DNA of 64,000 nt, from the NCBI RefSeq assembly GCF_964194025.1, contig NC_134478.1:12710001-12774000 (forward strand). Direction: 5' to 3'. Shown piece after piece: positions 58,266 through 64,000 of the stretch (the stretch's first letter is position 1; each line of letters starts with the position of its first letter). The position numbers were made by a program, and so were the translations under genes. Under the pieces are notes generated by a model. That model worked only from the letters and a program-made list of their open reading frames with translations. It was not told the DNA's origin and ran no database searches. The DNA comes from Convolutriloba macropyga (Eukaryota).

Positions 58266-60380
58266 TCATACAGACGAACTAATAATGCCATACCTGTAAT
58301 AAGGGTATCCATAATAGGAGGAATAAGGCGAAGTATAGTAGTAGGAAGAGGAAGGAGAGTAGGATGGGTAATACCAGCTGGGGTCGTAAGAAGTACTGGG
58401 GTAGTACTTGTCGTATAGGTCCTTGTAGTTTCTGTACAGCCATGGCCTCCAATGCCAGTACTTGTACTTAGACGACAGAGATCTTTCCAAGTCATGCTCA
58501 CGCAGCCATCTATCGTCCTAATTGAACATAGTAGCTCACTTCAATCTGACATGCTCAAAAAATTTTCAACTTTTGGATTTTCGAATTTTTCCAGAATATT
58601 TGCTAGGGCAGATATTCTAAATTTGGATCTTTTCCGTTCGTGATTGAAATATGAATACAGCCTTTTTTATGGAATCACCTAGGAAATTTGGCCTTTCCTT
58701 CATACTTCTATATAAAACGTATATTACTGTAGATATACATACCCTAACGGGCGCTAGCAATGAGAAAAACCCGAACCAAATTGTGCATTATTTGCTAATA
58801 AATTATTTGCTTATATTGAAGATGAGAAAACGACAGTGACATGAAGGGCATAAAAGTTATTAACCGATGAATGGGGTGGACTTATAGTGAAACTAGAACA
58901 TCGTTAAGTTGATCCATAACTAGAAAAGATCAGGAGTGAATTTTGGTCGGGTTTGAACCTTCGTTGGAGTCATATAAAGATCATATTTGATATCATGCAG
59001 ATCACGCTGTATTTACTCGTATGATCCTTGTTGGGCACCAAGAAAATCATAAAGGTCCTTGTATGATTATGAAAAAGTCATAACCATTAAAAACGCCAAA
59101 ATAATAAGTTCTTCGACCCATGAAAAGACCATGCTCGACATTAACTTGATATGAAGAAGCCCCATGAAAATACTTTACCACGACTTTAACTATGCGCTGG
59201 ACTGTGTAATTATAGTCATTGTTGAACCCCTCACCCACCCACCCCCCCCCCCCCCGCCCCAGTAGAATTACAAAGTCTTCTCAGAAGTCGAGATCTAAGC
59301 CTATTAAATTTGTTCATCAAAAATTATGTTTCTTGCTTGTTTCATATGTCTTGTTAGAATTACTATAAAATTTTGACCATGTCTTTTCTTTAAAAAAAAT
59401 GACACAATTCTTAGTCTCAAAAATTAATTTATGATTCTTTTATAATTACCAGGAAATTATATTGTATATGATCTTCATATGACAACCGAGAAAATATACA
59501 AAATCATATTTGACCTTGAATCGTCGCTTTGTAGAAATTCTGGACGGTCGCTGACAAGGGGAATTTAAATGAACCATGAGTTCAAATAATGAAACAGACA
59601 CTAAACAGACACTGAACAGTACTTACCAAATACTGAAACAGTTAAAGACAAATATAAAGCATGAACAATATAAATCATGACTTCAAAGCGCAAATTGCCC
59701 AGGATTAATTTTCCAGACTTTTCCAGAGGTAGGGGTGGGGGTGGGGGTTTTGACGGGTATTATGCAGATATAACAAAGAGCTACTTTATGGTGTCTGGGA
59801 AATAATCCTTATTGAATTAGGGGTTTTTGAATGGCAATAAAGCGATAGCATTGAATGCCTAAAAACTACCTTTGTGATCATTTGTTTTTTCCCTGGGGGA
59901 GAGGGGTGGTTTTGTATTTTTTGGGTTTTTCCTATCTAAAATTGTGGGTTTTTCCCGTGGTTTTTCTTTCCTACCGAATAATGGGTGGGCTTCCTACGTG
60001 AGGTCTCCTATCTAAAAATTCGTTAGATTTTTCAGTGGGTTTGCTATCTAAAAATGGGTGTGGGTTGCTATCTAAAAATGGGTGTTTTTTTTCAATAGCT
60101 TTTTGCTTTTTCCTGTCTAAAATTAGGTGGGTTTTTCAGTGGGTTTTATCCTATCTAAAATAATAAGGTGGGCTTTATTTGAAACTGGGTCAACGTACAC
60201 TGACGGTGTCCATGAATCGGCGTCTATTTAGGAAGTAGGACATTTCTTTCGAGTCCAGTTCCTTCTTGAGCACCTGGATGTCTGTCTTCTGGTGCTCATT
60301 CTGTCTCTTCAGCTGGGCATACTTGTCCTCTAAGTCTTTGTGCTCCTTCATCAGGCTAGTTTGGTACTCACGAACCGAAT
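58266..60380 (-). CDS. 3' exons (60380-60205 and 58517-58266) of an unknown coiled-coil protein with a Tyr/Ser/Pro-rich tail
   Basis: Both segments are GC-enriched with C/G-ending codons. The acceptor gattttag|AT, donor ACC|gtcagt (same hexamer as the RPL37 donor) and acceptor caattag|GAC join in phase 0 to give ...RRRFMDT-DDRWLREHDLERSLSSKYKYWHW.... A possible further donor CAG|gtatgg is at 58294. Confidence 0.65.
59930..60170. repeat. Degenerate tandem repeat with core CTATCTAAAAAT(GGGTG)
   Basis: About six copies of ctatctaaaa. Confidence 0.6.
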
Positions 60381-60614
60381 CTAAAATCAACTCTGGTCAT
60401 TATCTGGGCATTATTTCTATTAAATAAAGGCTAAATAATTGACTCTTGTTTACAATGGAATACTAGCGAACTTTTTAACAACCGTTAAAACTTATATTTA
60501 AATACTAAAACAACAATCTTTCTGGGATGCTTTATTTAAAAAAATACAAAAGTTTACATATTTATAAGAAACAATTTGGGAATCACGCACCGAGTCTAAA
60601 ATTGGGTGTCCCAT

Positions 60615-60730
60615 TTTTTCACCCCTATTCATTTAACCCCCTATCATTTAACCCCGATTTATTCACCCCTGTATCATTTAACCCCTCTATCTTTTAACCC
60701 CACTATCATTTCACCCCGATTTTAATCCCT
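60615..60730. repeat. Short tandem repeat (TAT)CATTTAACCCC
   Basis: About eight imperfect copies. Confidence 0.65.
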
Positions 60731-61127
60731 ATAAAATAGCGGCCCGTGGGACTTGATATGAAACTATCACAACCGAACGTAAAAACCTAAAATTGATACC
60801 AGTAGCTCAACTAGTTCCAACCAATAAGTGTTTACATTAAATTTTCTTTATTTTATATTTTATAATTAATCCTGTCTGATAATCAACTTTGTTTTCATAA
60901 CTATGGTCATCAATGTAACATATCAAGAGTTTGATGAATCAAATATCAACAGTAAATTTCATTCCTCAACAAGTGAAGAAGATATTTCTTGCAATTTGTT
61001 TTTGTTTTTACTAAATTATACAAAAATATACAGCAAAACAATTATGTCTTTTTTATAATACTTTTTTGTAAATATTTATTGATGATAACGACCAATAATA
61101 AAAAAAATTAATTGATAGATAAACCTT

Positions 61128-61365
61128 TAGAACAAAATTTTGAATTGGAGGTGGTTAAAATACTACTTTCATACTCACCTCAAAATAAAATATCAATTTT
61201 ATCAAGACATTTGTAAGTTCCTCCGTATGTTCCCCTAATTAATTGAAAAATAATCATTTAGAGCAAAACTTTGAATTAGAGGTGATTAAAATTTTATTTC
61301 CATTCTCACATCAAGATATAATATTAGTTTTATAAATACATTTGTAAGTTCCTCCGCGTGTTCTT
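61128..61365. repeat. About 130-bp tandem duplication
   Basis: caaaattttgaattggaggtg...catttgtaagttcctccgtatgttc is repeated as caaaactttgaattagaggtg...catttgtaagttcctccgcgtgttc. Confidence 0.75.
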
Positions 61366-63029
61366 ATAATAACTCAGCAGTCAATACAATGATTAAAGTT
61401 ATTTTCTTTGCTGGTCAAAGACCCGGAACTTGAAAAAAAACTGTAAATTAATATTTAAATCCTGCATAAAAATGAGAAGAAACGTCTTTAGTCAAAGAGT
61501 GTAAAATTTGCAATGCCCATATGACTAAAAATTGCAAACTTTGTTTATTAATGCATTGTATGCATATTATTGCAAATTTTTTGTTGGTTAAGTTTGTAAG
61601 AATTCAGTAGCAATACCATTGTAATTTCTTTAAAAAATTACATATGATGTGCCAAGTTCATTCCTGTTGCTATTTGCCTGAATTGGTTGGTTTCGTAGTT
61701 TCATTAAAAATGGTCCTGAGAAAAAGACGGAACTATTCTATTTTTCCACCCACCGCGGCTTAGTTTTACTTTACGTATAAATCGTAATTGGGGTCATAAT
61801 AAACCTTAGAGGGCGAAAGAGAATAGATCCATAAAGAATATGACGAGAACTCTAAATTGACAATGGAACCTAAAAATGTTTTAGCTTGCAAATGTTTCCA
61901 AAGTTTATGCATTGTTTAGCAAGCCTTGTAATTGAGACACAATTGATCGGATCGTGAACTTAATACTGAGATTATATTAAATGTGTTCACAGATAGGAAA
62001 GCTAATTCAACAATAACTTCAGCCAAATTTGAAAATTTTTGACATCTTTCTGAAAATGTGTGAAATTTACTTCAAGCGTGTATTTCAAATAGTAGAAGTC
62101 TTTTCAACAAGAATAAATTATTATCGCACAAGATTATTAAATTTCTCAAAAAATTTTTGGAAATCCTAGCAAAACTGCGAGAAATTGCAAAACCTGTGGG
62201 CACACATTAGAAAAACGCGGAAGTTCAAGAATTGGTTGACCAATTTTTTATTCCACGCCAAAAAAACACAAAACACAAAAAGGTTTATTTCATTGCCTCT
62301 TTTCCTATGTAACTTCAAATAGTCAAAACCAAACAATTAGCTTTCTAAAAGCTTCCTGCCAAAATTTGTAACAGCAACTTGATTGTATTTTTTTACTTAC
62401 TCAACTTACGATTTAACGACCAAACAAAGCAGAGTCTGGATTACCACATTAAAAATATTGCGCGCAGGATATGTTGTAGAACTTCGATTCAATTTTTTTA
62501 TGAAAGCGGCGAAAAATTATACAAACTCATTTTCCTGCAGATTAAAAGAATTTAAAGATTATCTTTTTGTTTGTCTCTGTACGCAAGAAATATTGAAGCG
62601 TTTTCTTCCTTAAAAATACATTTTTAAAAACACAAATGAATATACAAATAGTTTTATGATGTGCATAAAATGTAAAAATTTTCAGTTAACAAAGCAAAAT
62701 AATTTGCCGTTCATTACAACGCAGAGGTATACCCAAACTGTAACGGGCAGATATGCCTGATTCGTGCATCTAGTGTTCGTTTTTACTGTATTAATACATT
62801 GAAAATGGAACAATATTGCGGAAAATAGCTACTCTAGCAGAAACCGTCAAAATGGATGGGAAATTAGCAACCCGTGTTCGCAACAATGTCCTAAACCTAG
62901 ACGCGAAATACAAGTACAAACTTTATAACCTATTTTTCGCACGGCTTGTATCACGCATCTGCTCCATTTATGTATCATTTTTTCGCACGCAATGTAGCTG
63001 GATTTCGCATAAAATCCGCAATTAAGCCT

Positions 63030-63150
63030 AACTTAATTACTACTTATTTAATTAAGCCTAACTTATTACTACTTATTACTTTATTACTACTTTATTACTA
63101 CTTATAGTACATTTTTACTACCTATTGCTAGTATTATTTATTACTACTTA
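63030..63150. repeat. Low-complexity (TTATTACTAC)n repeat
   Basis: Direct inspection. Confidence 0.8.
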
Positions 63151-64000
63151 TTTAAATCGGCCAATCCCACATTGATATACAAAGCTTTTGATGTGCGAGT
63201 TTTTTTCGGAAAAAACCAGTTTTTGTAGTTCCATGTATTTAAAGCACTTTAAAGCTTTGAAAGCTGCAATTAAATCTTCATTAAAGTGCTTATTGCATGC
63301 TCAAAATGCGCGCAAATAATAGATATCTAAGTTGAGCGGAAACGTGCTACAAGACTTGTAACCTACTTTTCGTTCCAAATGTTCTTTTATGTTGCAAAAT
63401 TGGCGCAACTCCTTTTGCGAAAAGTAAGATGCAAAGGATGTCTTCTATTTTTGTTCATTGTATGTGTCTTATTTTCGAGCCAATTTTACTAAGGCGGAAA
63501 AATTGGGGTATACCTCTGCGTCGTAATGTTCTTCTCAATGAATTTTTTATATTGGATTTAGTTTGTTGATTGACTGCTATGCCGCAATTTGCAAATTATG
63601 CGTTTTTATAAGCAATGTTACTATGTTTTAAAGTCGCATATAAGTGAAAGGTTTTTCGGCCACCCGTTGCAAATTATATGTTGTTATATAGCACTATGCT
63701 CACTATGCTCATAGAGTAGATCCGAAATTCAAGCAAACCTTAGAATCCTTATCTCAGCAGTTAAGAGGCAAGTTTTCTTTGAAAAATGTGCCACCCAATA
63801 AGCAGGGAGTTTAAAATTTTAGGTCTTATCGTATGGGCCGTAAATCATTGGCGGTTAAAATTTGGGAGCGAGAACAGGAGACATACTTCAAAAGAATTTT
63901 TTAAAAAAAGAACGGGAGTGATTCTATTGTTGATTCGAACTGAACATAATAATAACAATGATTGGTTGTGAACTAAGATTTCAATAACTTACAATTTTTA

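Noticed and set aside
60590-61840. Possible MULE-like element with subterminal repeats
   Set aside because: Only a weak inverted echo of the CATTTAACCCC repeats near 61790 and no readable transposase.

Overview
AT-rich nuclear DNA from an animal (spliceosomal GT-AG introns, metazoan-type genes; the species cannot be determined from the sequence). There is one assembly gap of about 200 N at 54024-54223. All seven recognisable host genes lie on the minus strand: a spliced Brinker-DBD + CENP-B-HTH (pogo-derived) DNA-binding protein, a 1792-aa low-complexity protein with EDGEI and DPR motifs (ZC3H4/Su(s)-like, no zinc fingers), RPP21 ending only 105 nt before that ORF, RPL37 (2 coding exons), a GON4L-like gene, TSC2 (tuberin), and the last exons of an unknown coiled-coil/Tyr-rich protein. 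About a third of the window is decayed Ty3/gypsy LTR elements carrying envelope genes. The most unusual is the minus-strand element at about 32.4-41.2 kb: after pol it carries a chuvirus-G/class-III-like glycoprotein and then an extra ORF with a coiled coil and a C-terminal Hsp40 J-domain that the ORF track misses, followed by a PPT and a likely LTR. A second element (46.1-53.5 kb, plus strand) has a furin-cleaved F-type env, and a third F-type remnant lies at 7-8.9 kb. Other notable features are a dispersed ~400-bp family with Helentron/DINE-1-like ends enclosing a tRNA-like cassette, and four tandem hairpin+ACA modules (candidate H/ACA snoRNA cluster) in the RPL37 intron. All homology calls come from recognising motifs by eye; no searches were run.
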